64,000 bases of DNA from Ilyomonas sp. (GTDB lineage: Bacteria; Bacteroidota; Bacteroidia; Chitinophagales; Chitinophagaceae): positions 838,320-902,319 of the forward strand of contig CBDCBH010000002.1 in assembly GCA_965214235.1 (NCBI GenBank), given 5' to 3'. The translations under genes were made by a program, and so were the position numbers. The notes under the pieces are model-generated. The model made no database searches. It saw only the letters and a program-made list of their open reading frames with translations, and was not told the origin of the DNA. Shown in pieces: positions 30,151 through 41,331 of this stretch (within the stretch, counting starts at the first letter, position 1; each line of letters starts with the position of its first letter).

Positions 30151-30849
30151 TTGAAACCCATGACTAACTTATCCATTAAAAACTGGGCGGAAGATGATCG
30201 CCCGCGAGAGAAGATGATGCTGAAAGGCACAGAAGCGTTAAGCAATGCAGAACTGCTTGCCATTTTAATTAACAACGGCACGCGGGATAGAAGTGCGGTT
30301 GATGTTTGTAAAGATTTATTAAGCAAGGTGAACAACGATTTACAAAGGCTTGGCAGCTTATCTATCAAAGAAATTTTACAACTAAAAACAAAAGGCATTG
30401 GTGAAGCCAAAGCGGTAACTATTGCGGCTGCGCTGGAACTTGGCATCCGCAGAAATGCAGCCGATAACAAACGTGAAGTAATTACACAAAGCAGCGAAGT
30501 AGCGCAGTTTTTAAAAGCCAAACTGCAATATAAAAAGCACGAAGTATTTGCTGTTTTGTTTTTAAATGGGGCAAATAAAATAATGCACTATGAAGTGTTG
30601 AGCGAAGGCGGCATCGCGGGAACTGTTGCCGACCCACGAATTATTTTGCGGAAAGCATTATCGCACGATGCTGTGAATTTGATTTTATGTCATAATCATC
30701 CAAGCGGAAGCATCAAGCCAAGCAGGGCAGACAAAGAATTAACCACAAAAATTAAAGAAGCTGCGTTGTTGTTCGATATGACAGTGTTGGATCACATCAT
30801 TGTGAGTGCCGACGGGCATTATAGCTTTGCTGATGAAGGCATTTTGTAA
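30151..30849 (+). CDS. radC: RadC-family JAB-domain protein (UPF0758)
   Basis: An HhH N-terminus (ELLAILI..G) and the JAMM motif (ILCHNHPSG...PS..D). Confidence 0.88.
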   Translation: MKPMTNLSIKNWAEDDRPREKMMLKGTEALSNAELLAILINNGTRDRSAVDVCKDLLSKVNNDLQRLGSLSIKEILQLKTKGIGEAKAVTIAAALELGIRRNAADNKREVITQSSEVAQFLKAKLQYKKHEVFAVLFLNGANKIMHYEVLSEGGIAGTVADPRIILRKALSHDAVNLILCHNHPSGSIKPSRADKELTTKIKEAALLFDMTVLDHIIVSADGHYSFADEGIL

Positions 30850-30882
30850 CCCTTTTTATTTTACCATCTAAAAATAAAAGGG
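30850..30882. terminator. bidirectional terminator between radC and the di-haem gene
   Basis: A 12-bp stem with one bulge (ccctttttatttt / aaaataaaaggg), followed by a T run. Confidence 0.6.
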
Positions 30883-30898
30883 TTTGTTTTTATTGATG

Positions 30899-32278
30899 TT
30901 ATAAACTTTTTAGAAACTGAATTATATTATCTCTGTCCAACTTATTTAGATTCATAAATTGTTGTTTGCTTTTTTGCGCTTCGCCGCCATGCCATAAAAT
31001 GGCTTCTTCAAGTGTGTTGGCTCTGCCATCATGCAGATAATAAGGCGTTCCATTGGTAATAGTAAACAAGCCAACACCCCAAAGTGGTGCGGTTCTCCAT
31101 TCATGTCCGGTTGCTAAAAAATCTTGCCGGCCATCTGCTAACCCATCGCCCATATCATGTACCAATAAATCGGTATAAGGATGAATGCGCTGGTTACTTA
31201 GATAGCTTGCGGTAACATCAATTCCGGTTTGTACAGTTGGCTTATGGCAACCCGAACAATTGATTTGATTAAACAAAAACTGTCCTTTTTTTACATCGGC
31301 ATCAGTAACATTTCTGCGTGCCGGAACCGCCAGTGTTTTAACGTAAAACAAAACGTAATTCAGTAAACTGTCAACCAATTCAGGATAGGTATCGCCATGC
31401 ACAACATTCATCTGTGGCTGCCCGTATGCACTTTCTTTTTTTAGTGCATAGCTTGTGATGCCCATGTCCTGCTGATAAGCCGATGCTATCTGCATAAGCA
31501 ATGTGGCTGAATTGGCTTTCCATCCAAACCTGCCGATTTCTATTTTGCTATCAACCGAATCAAACACATAATTCGCTTTTCCCGTGATGCCATCGCCGTT
31601 GGCATCATGCGGATCTTCAAAAGAAAGAATGGTGCTTTCGGGAATACTTTGGAGCAAACCCAAACCTACCATTGTTGGGGCAAGGCGTGGTGAAAGAAAA
31701 TAGTTGGCGGGCAATGGAGCATAAGGATTTTGAACCGTGTAATTGGGCTTGTGTAATGTAACCGTTGAACCATCAGCATAGGTTATGGGTACATCTATAT
31801 AAGTAATGTTGATGTTCGCTTCGGGTTGCGCGCCAATAACCGCTTTATCCTGAAGCTGAACACCAAAACCGGGTACGGGGTTGGGTCCGCCATGATTATC
31901 GGTGCCGGGAATACTGATGCGAAACAAAAGCCCTGAATTGCTGAAACCCGCTGTGGGTATGCCTTCGCCATCGTTGCGATGGCAGTTGATGCAAGAAACA
32001 TTGTTGTAAATAGGTCCTAATCCCCCGAATTTTACAGCAGGCGGAGCAACGAAAGTTTGACCGAAAACTTCATCACCAATTTCATGAACTTTCTCATCTC
32101 TTGCGTTTAAGCCATTCACAACATTTCCGAAAGCTTTTGATGTAGCATCAAAAGCTGTAGCCGCTCCGCCACTCAATCGCTCATCATAGCCAGCATCCGG
32201 AAAAATGTCCGCCTTATGGCACATGCTAAAAGCGAGTACAAAAACTGCAACAACCGAAATAACATACAACTTTTTCAT
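30899..32278 (-). CDS. di-haem cytochrome c oxidoreductase (DUF1111 / putative thiol oxidoreductase-peroxidase), lipoprotein
   Basis: Two CxxCH motifs (CINCH, CSGCH) and a lipoprotein signal ending AFSMC. Confidence 0.85.
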   Translation of the reverse strand: MKKLYVISVVAVFVLAFSMCHKADIFPDAGYDERLSGGAATAFDATSKAFGNVVNGLNARDEKVHEIGDEVFGQTFVAPPAVKFGGLGPIYNNVSCINCHRNDGEGIPTAGFSNSGLLFRISIPGTDNHGGPNPVPGFGVQLQDKAVIGAQPEANINITYIDVPITYADGSTVTLHKPNYTVQNPYAPLPANYFLSPRLAPTMVGLGLLQSIPESTILSFEDPHDANGDGITGKANYVFDSVDSKIEIGRFGWKANSATLLMQIASAYQQDMGITSYALKKESAYGQPQMNVVHGDTYPELVDSLLNYVLFYVKTLAVPARRNVTDADVKKGQFLFNQINCSGCHKPTVQTGIDVTASYLSNQRIHPYTDLLVHDMGDGLADGRQDFLATGHEWRTAPLWGVGLFTITNGTPYYLHDGRANTLEEAILWHGGEAQKSKQQFMNLNKLDRDNIIQFLKSL

Positions 32279-32284
32279 GCGCCT

Positions 32285-33364
32285 TTAGTCCTTTACATTT
32301 TGTTTTATATAGTTCGTCATATCATCATCAATCAAACTTTTTAAAGCAGCCAACTGCTGCATGGTCTGTTCAATTTGAACACGCTGTGTAAAAATGGCTT
32401 CTTCATACCTTTCGGTAATGTTGTCGAAAGAATTGATCGCGCTTGTTAGCTGCGCCTGTATTTTGTTATCAAGACTTTTGTTTTTTGCAGAAATCAAATC
32501 TTTAATCCCTGTATTACCGTTCAATCCTAAATACACATTGCGCACACCAATGATGTTGCTTTTAAAATCTATCAAAGTATTTCCAGAGTAAGGCGATTCG
32601 GTAAGGAATGAATCTTTAGCAACATAAGGATTATACATTTTTTCAGAACCTACTTCGTCACATATATCGCTCATTGCACCAATGATAGAAAGGAATGCAG
32701 ACTGTCTGGTAGCATAAATTGTACTTCCATAGCCGGCAGTTATAAGTTGCTGCGCATAATTGGTTGATGAATTTGTCCAGCTCTGATACAATTCCTGCAC
32801 GTTATTATATAAAATATCTCCGGCAAGACTTGTGAGATATTCTTTTTCTCTTGCGGTAATACTGGCTGCTTTTCTGGTGCTGCCAATGCCGAAAATTAAA
32901 TATTCAACAGGATGATAACCGCGTAACGTTTGCGGCAAAGCCTCTACATTGTTCATCTGTAAAGCATTTGAGCTTGCAAGCAAAGAATCCATTTGGATAT
33001 AATCTGTTGGCCAGGTATCTGTGTTGGGATCATAATCGTTATCCTCAACCGGACCAATTAAAAAGCCTTCACATTGTTCCCAAATGCTTCGAATGTTTTT
33101 CCATGATGCTTGTGTGGCTGCAAGGTTGGCATCTGTTGTTGATGTATTTAATGCTTCAACACTGTTGTTCAACGAAACAGCAGCGCTTACAAGATTGCTG
33201 TACTGCGGCAATGCAGTGTTGTTTACAAAATCTGTAATCACTATTTGTTCAGTTGTTATAAAATCTGCAGATGGTGTTGACGTATTTGCTTTATGACAGG
33301 AAGTTGTGAGCAGAAATAATGATAATAACAGTAAAAAAAAGAAGCTTTTAAACATAAAAATCAT
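32285..33364 (-). CDS. imelysin family (peptidase_M75-like, EfeO/IrpA-like) lipoprotein
   Basis: A lipoprotein signal (LLTTSC), an imelysin-like helical repeat architecture and an HPVEYLIFG motif. This is the standard partner of DUF1111 genes. Confidence 0.8.
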   Translation of the reverse strand: MIFMFKSFFFLLLLSLFLLTTSCHKANTSTPSADFITTEQIVITDFVNNTALPQYSNLVSAAVSLNNSVEALNTSTTDANLAATQASWKNIRSIWEQCEGFLIGPVEDNDYDPNTDTWPTDYIQMDSLLASSNALQMNNVEALPQTLRGYHPVEYLIFGIGSTRKAASITAREKEYLTSLAGDILYNNVQELYQSWTNSSTNYAQQLITAGYGSTIYATRQSAFLSIIGAMSDICDEVGSEKMYNPYVAKDSFLTESPYSGNTLIDFKSNIIGVRNVYLGLNGNTGIKDLISAKNKSLDNKIQAQLTSAINSFDNITERYEEAIFTQRVQIEQTMQQLAALKSLIDDDMTNYIKQNVKD

Positions 33365-33792
33365 GAATTAAGATAGATGAACAATTGCCCGTTTTCAACA
33401 TTGGTTTTATAACGTTGCAGCGGTTCCGATGCCGGACCGTGCGTAACCTTTCCATCTGTAGTAAACCGGCTTCCATGAAGGGTGCAGATATATCCATTGG
33501 TAGTAGCCGTAAGTCCATTTTCCTGGTGTGTGCATTGCAGTAACAAAGCCCCGTAACTGTCGTTTGGTTGTTTAACAAGAGCAATGTTATAAAACGAACC
33601 TTTAGGATGAATAATCTGCAAACCCGAAGCCGGCAGTGAGGCTAACGGAATTGAAATTGTATTATTAACAACATCTGTCTGTATAGCTTTTAAAGCCGCC
33701 GGGCTGCACGATGAAAGTGAAGGCAACAAAATACCGGCAGCTGCAATCATGCATAAGTTACACGACGATTGTAAAAAATATCTTCGTTGCAT
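33361..33792 (-). CDS. Rieske [2Fe-2S] domain protein
   Basis: CTHQ...CTLHGS Rieske ligands and an N-terminus (MQRRYFLQSS) resembling a Tat-type signal. ATG at 33792. It overlaps the imelysin gene start by 4 nt. Confidence 0.75.
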   Translation of the reverse strand: MQRRYFLQSSCNLCMIAAAGILLPSLSSCSPAALKAIQTDVVNNTISIPLASLPASGLQIIHPKGSFYNIALVKQPNDSYGALLLQCTHQENGLTATTNGYICTLHGSRFTTDGKVTHGPASEPLQRYKTNVENGQLFIYLNS

Positions 33793-33859
33793 AGTTAATT
33801 GAATAAGCGAATGAAAATAGAAACATCGCAAGCAGGGAAGCCTGTTCTTCCCGATTTCA

Positions 33860-35107
33860 TTAAAATGAATAACCAATTCCAATGTTTACAAACTGATCTG
33901 TTTGTTTATACGGCAATGAGTTGGGCGGCGGGTTAATGACCAATTCTGAATTTTGTTCGCCGGTATGCATTAGCCGCACATCGGCTTTTATTACAACATT
34001 TGGCAACGGCAAATAAGAGATACCGGCAATGAGGTGCATTTGTTTTTCTGTTCCGTCGTAAATGGCTTTGCCATGCGGGATAGTTGCATTCATATCAAGC
34101 AGTTCGCCACGAGCAAATGTTACAAATTGTGCCGCGGTTTGTTTTGCATGCAGCCAATTATAACCAACTTCCGCATAAGCGCCATACATAGCCGAAGAAA
34201 TGTTGTTGTTATAAGCCGCGTTTACTTTTCCTGCATCGGGATAAGAAATGTATGTACCCAGCGCTTTTATATTTACTCCATTTTTATTGTACTGAACATC
34301 CGCTTCGCCTAAATAAACCGGCGTTCCAAAGCCGCCGCTGTTCAGTCCTAAACTGTCTGCACTCCTTGGGCTGATACCAACGGTTCCACCAGTGTAACCC
34401 GATACTTGAAATTCAAAATCTTTCCACAAATATTTAAGCGATGCTGTTAGGGCAATGTTGTTGGCAGTTGCATTGTTGCCTTCTGCCCGGCCATCGCGGA
34501 TGCCTGTTCCGTGCTCAAAGCCCGCGCTGTTCAATCCGTTTAGTATTGCAATGCTGTAGTTGAGGGGCGCATTTTTCAGCGAGCCATACAACCCGATTCC
34601 CAATTCGCGCCACGTAGCCGGAATGATAAAAGTTTCAACTAACGGACGCTCAACACCGTTGAAATTTACCGGCAAATGGTTTTCATTTATTATACCGATG
34701 CGCGGCACAAATAAACCCGCCACCAAATATTGCCTTGCATTCAAATTGAACTTTATATAAGCTTGCTCCATAGCTATTTCGCCACTGCCAATTTCACCTT
34801 CGGCAACCTTTGCATTTTCCACTTCAAGCTCTGAAAAAAAAGAAATTTTTTGATTGAACTGATGACCCACAAACAGCACAGCGCGTTCCAGCGTTGCTAT
34901 CGATACTTTCTGGTTGAAATTGCGCTGATAAAATGCGCTTCCGTAACCAGATACAACTGTTTTGTTTTTATTGGTGCCTGCCTGTAACGAATCTTCATTT
35001 GAAAGAATAAGTTTTTGTGCATTGGTTTGAAATTGCGCCTTCACTTTAAAAGTGAATAAAAGAAAAAGCAAAACGATTGCCTTGGTAAAAATTTTCATCG
35101 TCTGCAA
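33860..35107 (-). CDS. putative outer-membrane beta-barrel porin
   Basis: A signal peptide, alternating beta-strand pattern and a C-terminal ...IGIGYSF aromatic terminus. No specific family was recognised. Confidence 0.6.
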   Translation of the reverse strand: MQTMKIFTKAIVLLFLLFTFKVKAQFQTNAQKLILSNEDSLQAGTNKNKTVVSGYGSAFYQRNFNQKVSIATLERAVLFVGHQFNQKISFFSELEVENAKVAEGEIGSGEIAMEQAYIKFNLNARQYLVAGLFVPRIGIINENHLPVNFNGVERPLVETFIIPATWRELGIGLYGSLKNAPLNYSIAILNGLNSAGFEHGTGIRDGRAEGNNATANNIALTASLKYLWKDFEFQVSGYTGGTVGISPRSADSLGLNSGGFGTPVYLGEADVQYNKNGVNIKALGTYISYPDAGKVNAAYNNNISSAMYGAYAEVGYNWLHAKQTAAQFVTFARGELLDMNATIPHGKAIYDGTEKQMHLIAGISYLPLPNVVIKADVRLMHTGEQNSELVINPPPNSLPYKQTDQFVNIGIGYSF

Positions 35108-35259
35108 AACTATAAGCCCTGTATTACGCAGGTTTACGATTTAGGGAATGCAGTTTACGATTTGAGAAGTAATTTTAATTGCGAAGCAGGGGAGGGGAGT
35201 TATAAAAAGAGAAGAGCTTCCAGGCATGGATTGGAGAATACGTTATACAGTTTAATTAC

Positions 35260-36432
35260 TTAAGCTTGCTGTAAACTTCGCACAATCCCCATCTCTAAAC
35301 CTCTGATTTCTGCTAAACCCTTCAGCCTTCCGATAGCAGAATAACCGGGGTTTGTTTTTTTGTTCAGGTCATCTAACATCTGGTGTCCATGATCGGGTCG
35401 CATGGGAATAGAAACATGACGCTGTTTCATCAATATAACAAGTTCTTTTATGATTGCAAACATATCGGCATCGCCATCCAAATGGTTGGCTTCATAAAAA
35501 TTTCCTTCTTCATCACGGGTGGTATTGCGCAAATGAATAAAGTGAATGTGATTGCCCAAACGCTGAATCATTCCAACCAAATCATTATCTTCTCTAACAC
35601 CAAACGAACCCGTGCAAAAACAAAGGCCATTAGCAGGCGAAGAAACCGCATCAATCATTTCTTTTGCATCTTTTTCAGTGCTCATGATGCGTGGCAATCC
35701 TAAGATATTATACGGCGGATCATCGGGATGAATTGCCATTTGCAAACCGGCTTCTTCAGCAACCGGAATAATTTGTTGTAAGAAATAAAACAGGTGTTGC
35801 TTTAGTTTCGCTGCAGTAATGTTTTCATAAGATTTGATAGCAGATAAAATCTGTTCCCTGGTAAATATTTCTTCGCTGCCGGGCAAGCCAAGCAAAGCGT
35901 TGTTATAAAGCGTTTGTTTTTCTTCATCCGTCATTTTTTGCAGCCGCTGATTTGCTTTTGCTATTTCTTCTTTTGTGTAATCTTTTTCTGCATCAGAACG
36001 GTTCAATAAAAACAAATCAAAAGCAACAAAAGCGTTTTTTTCAAAGTATAAAGCTTTGCTGCAATCCGGCAAACTGTACGAAATATCGGTACGCATCCAA
36101 TCGAGCACCGGCATAAAGTTGTACGTTACTACTTTTAATCCGCAGGCAGCCATATTGCGCAGGCTTTGCTTATAATTTTCTATGAATTGGTGATAATTGC
36201 CGGTTTGTTTTTTAATGTCTTCATGCACGGGCAGGCTTTCAATTACCGTCCATGTCATGCCCCATTTCTCTATTTCTTCTTTTCTTTTTTTTATTTCATT
36301 TATGTCCCATATATCACCAACCGCTACATGGTGCAATGCTGTTACAACGCCGGTGCAACCAGCTTGCTTTATGTAAGATAAACTCACCGGATCATCCGGT
36401 CCGAACCATCGCATGGTTTGTTGCATTTGCAT
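35260..36432 (-). CDS. uxuA: mannonate dehydratase
   Basis: UxuA sequence ([22 protein letters not shown]) across the full length. The exact start Met is ambiguous (MQMQQTM). Confidence 0.9.
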   Translation of the reverse strand: MQMQQTMRWFGPDDPVSLSYIKQAGCTGVVTALHHVAVGDIWDINEIKKRKEEIEKWGMTWTVIESLPVHEDIKKQTGNYHQFIENYKQSLRNMAACGLKVVTYNFMPVLDWMRTDISYSLPDCSKALYFEKNAFVAFDLFLLNRSDAEKDYTKEEIAKANQRLQKMTDEEKQTLYNNALLGLPGSEEIFTREQILSAIKSYENITAAKLKQHLFYFLQQIIPVAEEAGLQMAIHPDDPPYNILGLPRIMSTEKDAKEMIDAVSSPANGLCFCTGSFGVREDNDLVGMIQRLGNHIHFIHLRNTTRDEEGNFYEANHLDGDADMFAIIKELVILMKQRHVSIPMRPDHGHQMLDDLNKKTNPGYSAIGRLKGLAEIRGLEMGIVRSLQQA

Positions 36433-36448
36433 AATGACCTCCTCCTAA

Positions 36449-36472
36449 CTCTTCTCCACGGGTGGAGAAGGG
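36449..36472 (-). terminator. hairpin downstream of xylB
   Basis: An 8-10 bp stem (cttctcca/tggagaag) with loop cggg. Confidence 0.45.
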
Positions 36473-36575
36473 CTTTAGACGATAATTAATTTTATAACTT
36501 TATAAATAGTAAAATTGTATGCAATCAATATATAAAGTTGCACTTTTTATTTATCGCTTTTTTATTCGAATTGAT

Positions 36576-38057
36576 TTACTCTTTTAATTGATTTGCCAAA
36601 ACTTCTTTCCATTTTTCATACAATTCATTATACAAAGAAGTGTGTACAGGTTCAACGGTGTTTAAAACTTTGCGATAGATAAAAGCATCGGAAGCGTTAG
36701 CAAAATAACCGGCTCCAATACCGGCACCCAATGCTGCGCCTACACTGCCATCGCAATCGTGAAACTCAACAGGAACGCCGGTTGCATTCACAAAAGCTTC
36801 TGTAAACACATCGCTTAAAAACAAGTTGGCTTTGCCTGCCCGTATAACGGTTGGTTTCATTCCATTCTCTCTCATAATATCCAAACCATAGCGAAAAGCA
36901 AAAGCAATTCCTTCCTGCGCTGCGCGATAAATATGTGCAGAAATATGTTTGTTGAAATCAATGTTGTGAAGATGCGCTCTCACAATTTTATTGTTCAGCA
37001 TTCTTTCTGCACCATTACCAAAAGGGAGTAAAAACAAACCTTCACTTCCAGGCGTAACCGAAGCAGCAGCTTCATTCATTTGAGGATATGACAAGGCGTT
37101 GCCCGTAATCCATTTTACCCATTTATTTAAGATGCCGGTACCGTTAATACAAAGCAATACACCAACTCTTGTTTGCTCTTCGTTATGCGTTACATGCGCA
37201 AACGAATTAATGCGCGATTGAGGATCGAAAGTTAAGGCATCACTCACGCCGTAAATAACGCCGGAAGTGCCGGCTGTAGCTGCTACTTCGCCTGGTTGCA
37301 ATACGTTTAATGATAGCGCATTGTTAGGCTGGTCGCCGGCTTTATAAGTAACCGGAATATCAGGCGATAAAGAAAGTTCTGCTGCTGCTTTACCGCTCAA
37401 TTTTCCATGTTCTGCAAATACATTTTTTATTGATGGAATGATGTGTTGATCAAAACCAAAATAAGTCATCACTTCATTGGATAAAGCATTCTCTGTAAAA
37501 TTCCAGAAGATGCCTTCAGACAGGGCGGAAGGCGTTGTAGTAATGGTTCCTGTTAATCGCTGTGCGATGAAATCGCCGGGTAACATTATATTATCAATCT
37601 TCTCAAAAATATGAGGTTCGTTTTCTTTTACCCAGGCTAATTTTGCAGCCGTAAAATTACCGGGTGAATTAAGTAAATGGCGCAAACAATTTTCTTCTCC
37701 AATGCTTGTAAAAGCTGCATTTCCGTAAGGAATAGCGCGACTATCGCACCAGATGATACTATTGCGCAAAACATTGTTTTCTTTATCTAACAAAACCAAT
37801 CCGTGCATTTGATAAGAAATGCCAATGGCGCCAATATTTTTTGGTTGAAAAGCGCCGGAAGCGTTCACTTTTTTAATGGTTGTTTTTACATCATTCCACC
37901 ATTGCTCCGGCGATTGTTCTGCCCAGCCCGGTTGCAACGAAATAATTTCTCTTTCCGTTTCGGGATAGTGTGCAGAGGCAAGGGTTTGCCCTGTTGCGCC
38001 ATCTACAACAGAAACTTTTATGGATGAAGTGCCTATATCAATGCCAAGTAGCAGCAA
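36576..38057 (-). CDS. xylB: xylulokinase (FGGY family)
   Basis: FGGY motifs (LGIDIGTSSIK, GISYQMHG, TAGTSGV). It lies immediately downstream of xylA. Confidence 0.88.
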   Translation of the reverse strand: MLLLGIDIGTSSIKVSVVDGATGQTLASAHYPETEREIISLQPGWAEQSPEQWWNDVKTTIKKVNASGAFQPKNIGAIGISYQMHGLVLLDKENNVLRNSIIWCDSRAIPYGNAAFTSIGEENCLRHLLNSPGNFTAAKLAWVKENEPHIFEKIDNIMLPGDFIAQRLTGTITTTPSALSEGIFWNFTENALSNEVMTYFGFDQHIIPSIKNVFAEHGKLSGKAAAELSLSPDIPVTYKAGDQPNNALSLNVLQPGEVAATAGTSGVIYGVSDALTFDPQSRINSFAHVTHNEEQTRVGVLLCINGTGILNKWVKWITGNALSYPQMNEAAASVTPGSEGLFLLPFGNGAERMLNNKIVRAHLHNIDFNKHISAHIYRAAQEGIAFAFRYGLDIMRENGMKPTVIRAGKANLFLSDVFTEAFVNATGVPVEFHDCDGSVGAALGAGIGAGYFANASDAFIYRKVLNTVEPVHTSLYNELYEKWKEVLANQLKE

Positions 38058-38153
38058 GGTTATTTAGATTTAATGAGTAATAAGTAAGATGTAATAATAA
38101 CTGATGGGAAAAGCGCATTTATAAATGTAAATAGCCTAATCTTAAATATTCAA

Positions 38154-39482
38154 TCAGATAAAACGGTTAATGATATTTTCTAAATATTCCTGCTTGCCGC
38201 TTGTGGTTTCAGGCTCACCGTTTTCAATGGCGTACGCATGCAAATCTTCAAGCGATAATTTGCCCTGTTCAAAGTTGTTTCCTGCGCCGTTATCGTAAGA
38301 AGCATACCGTTGTTTACGGAAGGTTTTGTAATCAGATTTTTGTAAGATGGCATCTGCCGTAATCAAAGCTCTTGCGAATGTATCCATACCGCCGATGTGC
38401 GCATAAAAAAGATCGGCAGCATCGGTAGAGCTTCTTCTTATTTTTGCATCGAAATTAACGCCACTGCCCTTTAACCCGCCGGCTTCTAAAAAAATGAGCA
38501 TGGCTTCGGTTAGTTCATTAATATTATTGGGAAACTGATCGGTATCCCAACCGTTTTGATAGTCGCCCCGGTTAGCATCCAACGAGCCTAACATATTGGC
38601 ATCGGCCGCTACCTGCAATTCATGCTGAAACGTATGCCCGGCAAGGGTTGCGTGGTTTACTTCAATATTTATTTTAAAGTCATTCAATAAATCGTACTGA
38701 CGTAAAAAACCAATCACTGTTTCGCAGTCATAATCGTATTGATGTTTAGTTGGCTCCATGGGTTTCGGCTCAATTAAAAACGTTCCTTTAAAACCATTAT
38801 TCCGAGCATAATCTTTTGCTGTATGAAGGAAGCGTGCAAAGTGTTCTTTTTCGCGTTTCATGTTTGTATTTAGCAAGGTCATATAACCTTCTCTTCCGCC
38901 CCAAAAAACATAACCTTCTCCGCCCAATGCAATGGTGGCATCAATAGCGCCTTTAACCTGCGCCGCCGCGTGAGACAGCACATGAAAATCGGGATTGGTA
39001 GAAGCACCGTTCATGTAGCGCGTGTGCGAAAAAACATTGGCAGTTCCCCATAACAGTTTTACGCCGCTTTCCTTTTGTTTCTGTTTGGCATATTCAACCA
39101 TAGTTTGCAGGCGACGATCGTTTTCTTTTACATCATTTTTATAATCTACCACATCTATATCATGGAAGCAATAAAACGGTATGTTCATTTTGGTGATGAA
39201 CTCAAAAGCCGCGTCCATCTTATCTTTGGCGCGTTCTACCGCATCTTCTTTTTTATTCCATTCAAAGATGTGCGTGCCGCCGCCAAACGGATCGCTGCCT
39301 TCATTTACAAACGAATGCCAGTAAGCGCAGGCAAAACGAAAGTGATCTTTGAGCGATTTACCCGCAACTATTTTGTTTTCATCGTACCAGCGAAATGCTA
39401 ACGGATTATCGCTTTCCAAACCTTCGTATTTAATTTGAGAAATGCCTTTAAAATATTCTTTGTCTCCTAACAAAACGTTCAT
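38154..39482 (-). CDS. xylA: xylose isomerase
   Basis: Canonical XylA: [21 protein letters not shown] and [11 protein letters not shown]. Confidence 0.96.
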   Translation of the reverse strand: MNVLLGDKEYFKGISQIKYEGLESDNPLAFRWYDENKIVAGKSLKDHFRFACAYWHSFVNEGSDPFGGGTHIFEWNKKEDAVERAKDKMDAAFEFITKMNIPFYCFHDIDVVDYKNDVKENDRRLQTMVEYAKQKQKESGVKLLWGTANVFSHTRYMNGASTNPDFHVLSHAAAQVKGAIDATIALGGEGYVFWGGREGYMTLLNTNMKREKEHFARFLHTAKDYARNNGFKGTFLIEPKPMEPTKHQYDYDCETVIGFLRQYDLLNDFKINIEVNHATLAGHTFQHELQVAADANMLGSLDANRGDYQNGWDTDQFPNNINELTEAMLIFLEAGGLKGSGVNFDAKIRRSSTDAADLFYAHIGGMDTFARALITADAILQKSDYKTFRKQRYASYDNGAGNNFEQGKLSLEDLHAYAIENGEPETTSGKQEYLENIINRFI

Positions 39483-39668
39483 AATATTTATATTTTAGTA
39501 AGTAAATGACAAGTGTGTTTGATGTTTTGCGGCAAGCGAACATTGCCTTGTTGCCGGCAATTGTTACAAAGCGATACAACAAAAATGAAGATTAAAAAGT
39601 TACGGGGCAATAAGTTTTTTAATGAAAAGAAAAGAGTTGTATAAAATACAGCTTCAACAATAACTTTG

Positions 39669-40268
39669 TTACGCCACCACCGCCTGCTTCGGAATAATGA
39701 AAGCAATCAATTCATCTAAAGCAATACCAGCGCGGTTGCAGGCATCAGCAATATCATCGCGCGAAACATTGGCGGCAAACGTTTTTTCTTTTACTTTTTT
39801 TTTTACGCCTTTCACATCCATGCCTTCATAACCATTGGGGCGCATCAGCGAGTAAGCATGTATCAAGCCGCTAAGTTCATCAAAGGCATATAGCATTTTG
39901 TCCATCTTTGTTTCCGGTTCCACACCAAAATGCGCCGGACCATGGGAAGCTATCGCATGTAAAATTTGAGGATCGACATGGCGTTGTTCCAATTCTTCAA
40001 TTATTTTTTGGCAATGTTGCTGAGGATACTGATCCCAATCGGCATCGTGCAGCAAGCCCGCCATTTCCCAACGCCATTGGTTAGCTTCATCCAAACCTTC
40101 TTTTTCTTTTGCCCAACTTTTCATTAGCGCGGCTACCTGCTTCATGTGCAGTTGCAAACGCGGGTTAATTACCCATTCGGTTAATAACTTTTCTGCTTCT
40201 TCTCTCGATAAAGTGTTTCCTGCATCGGCAGCGTTTCCAAAAGTATTTCTTCCTAACAATAACGACAT
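39669..40268 (-). CDS. HD domain-containing metal-dependent phosphohydrolase
   Basis: HD motif (GLLHDADWD). I prefer the ATG at 40268 because the upstream extension overlaps the divergent gene. Confidence 0.75.
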   Translation of the reverse strand: MSLLLGRNTFGNAADAGNTLSREEAEKLLTEWVINPRLQLHMKQVAALMKSWAKEKEGLDEANQWRWEMAGLLHDADWDQYPQQHCQKIIEELEQRHVDPQILHAIASHGPAHFGVEPETKMDKMLYAFDELSGLIHAYSLMRPNGYEGMDVKGVKKKVKEKTFAANVSRDDIADACNRAGIALDELIAFIIPKQAVVA

Positions 40269-40340
40269 AACTGCAATTTTAAATGATATTAAAAATACGG
40301 CAGTATTCAATACAGCAACAGCATTTACTTTTGCTCCTAT

Positions 40341-40985
40341 ATGCTTACACATGAAGCCGTTGCTTTAGCCTGGATTGTTTGGGATTATCATCACGTAAAC
40401 CAAACCGTTGTTCCGTCCGATTGCATTTTTGCATTGGGCAGCCACGATACAAGAGTGGCAGACAGAGCCGCCGATTTGTACCTTGCCGGTTATGCGCCGC
40501 TACTCATTTTTGCCGGTGGTTTGGGAAGATTAACCGAAGGTATGTGGGAAGAAAAAGAAGCCGATTTATTTGCCCGTATTGCAAAAGAAAAAGGTGTTCC
40601 GGAAGAAGCGATATTAATTGAAAACAGATCAACCAACACCGGCGAAAATATTCAGTTTGTAAAACAATTGCTGGAAGAAAAAAACCTTCATCCCGATAGT
40701 TTTATTTTAGTGCAAAAACCTTACATGGAAAGAAGAACGTTTGCCACTTTTGCCAAAAACTGGTCTGATAAGCCATTTGTGGTAACATCTCCGCAGATAT
40801 CATTTGTAGATTATCCAACGGACGATATACCGCTTGATAAAGTCATTAATATTATGGTGGGAGATTTACAAAGAATAAAGCTTTATCCGGCGAAAGAGTT
40901 TCAAATTTACCAGCCTATTCCCGATGAGGTTTGGCAAGCTTATGAACAGTTGGTGAACATGGGGTTTGATACACAGTTGATATAA
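40341..40985 (+). CDS. YdcF/DUF218 family protein
   Basis: A DUF218 pattern: IFALGSHD...LIFAGG...E....A...GVP...I..E..S.NT.EN. Confidence 0.8.
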   Translation: MLTHEAVALAWIVWDYHHVNQTVVPSDCIFALGSHDTRVADRAADLYLAGYAPLLIFAGGLGRLTEGMWEEKEADLFARIAKEKGVPEEAILIENRSTNTGENIQFVKQLLEEKNLHPDSFILVQKPYMERRTFATFAKNWSDKPFVVTSPQISFVDYPTDDIPLDKVINIMVGDLQRIKLYPAKEFQIYQPIPDEVWQAYEQLVNMGFDTQLI

Positions 40986-41331
40986 TGTTGTGTAGCAGTC
41001 TTTTTAAAACTATCTATTGAAAAAAAAGTTGAAGAAAAAGTTAGTTGTTTTCAACCTTCGAAACATAAACTCAAACACAAGCGAATAGCCGAAACTTCTT
41101 CCGGCTGTTATCGCAAACTCAAATCCATTATAGTCAATCTTCTTTATCAAAAGGAAACGTTAGTGCAAGAAGTCATTCCTCTAACTTCAAACGTATTTGT
41201 AATTTATTTAGAGCAATTGTTTGCCATATAAAATAAATTCCGATTCATTATAAATACAATTTGTAATTTTATAGTCTCATAAACAAATCTTGTTCGTTAC
41301 AGCTATCTGGTAACTATTAACTCCTTAATTT

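Noticed and set aside
39488-39706. 72-aa minus-strand ORF upstream of xylA
   Set aside because: It lies in the xylA promoter region and overlaps the 3' end of the HD gene. Its composition is hydrophobic and low-complexity, with no support.
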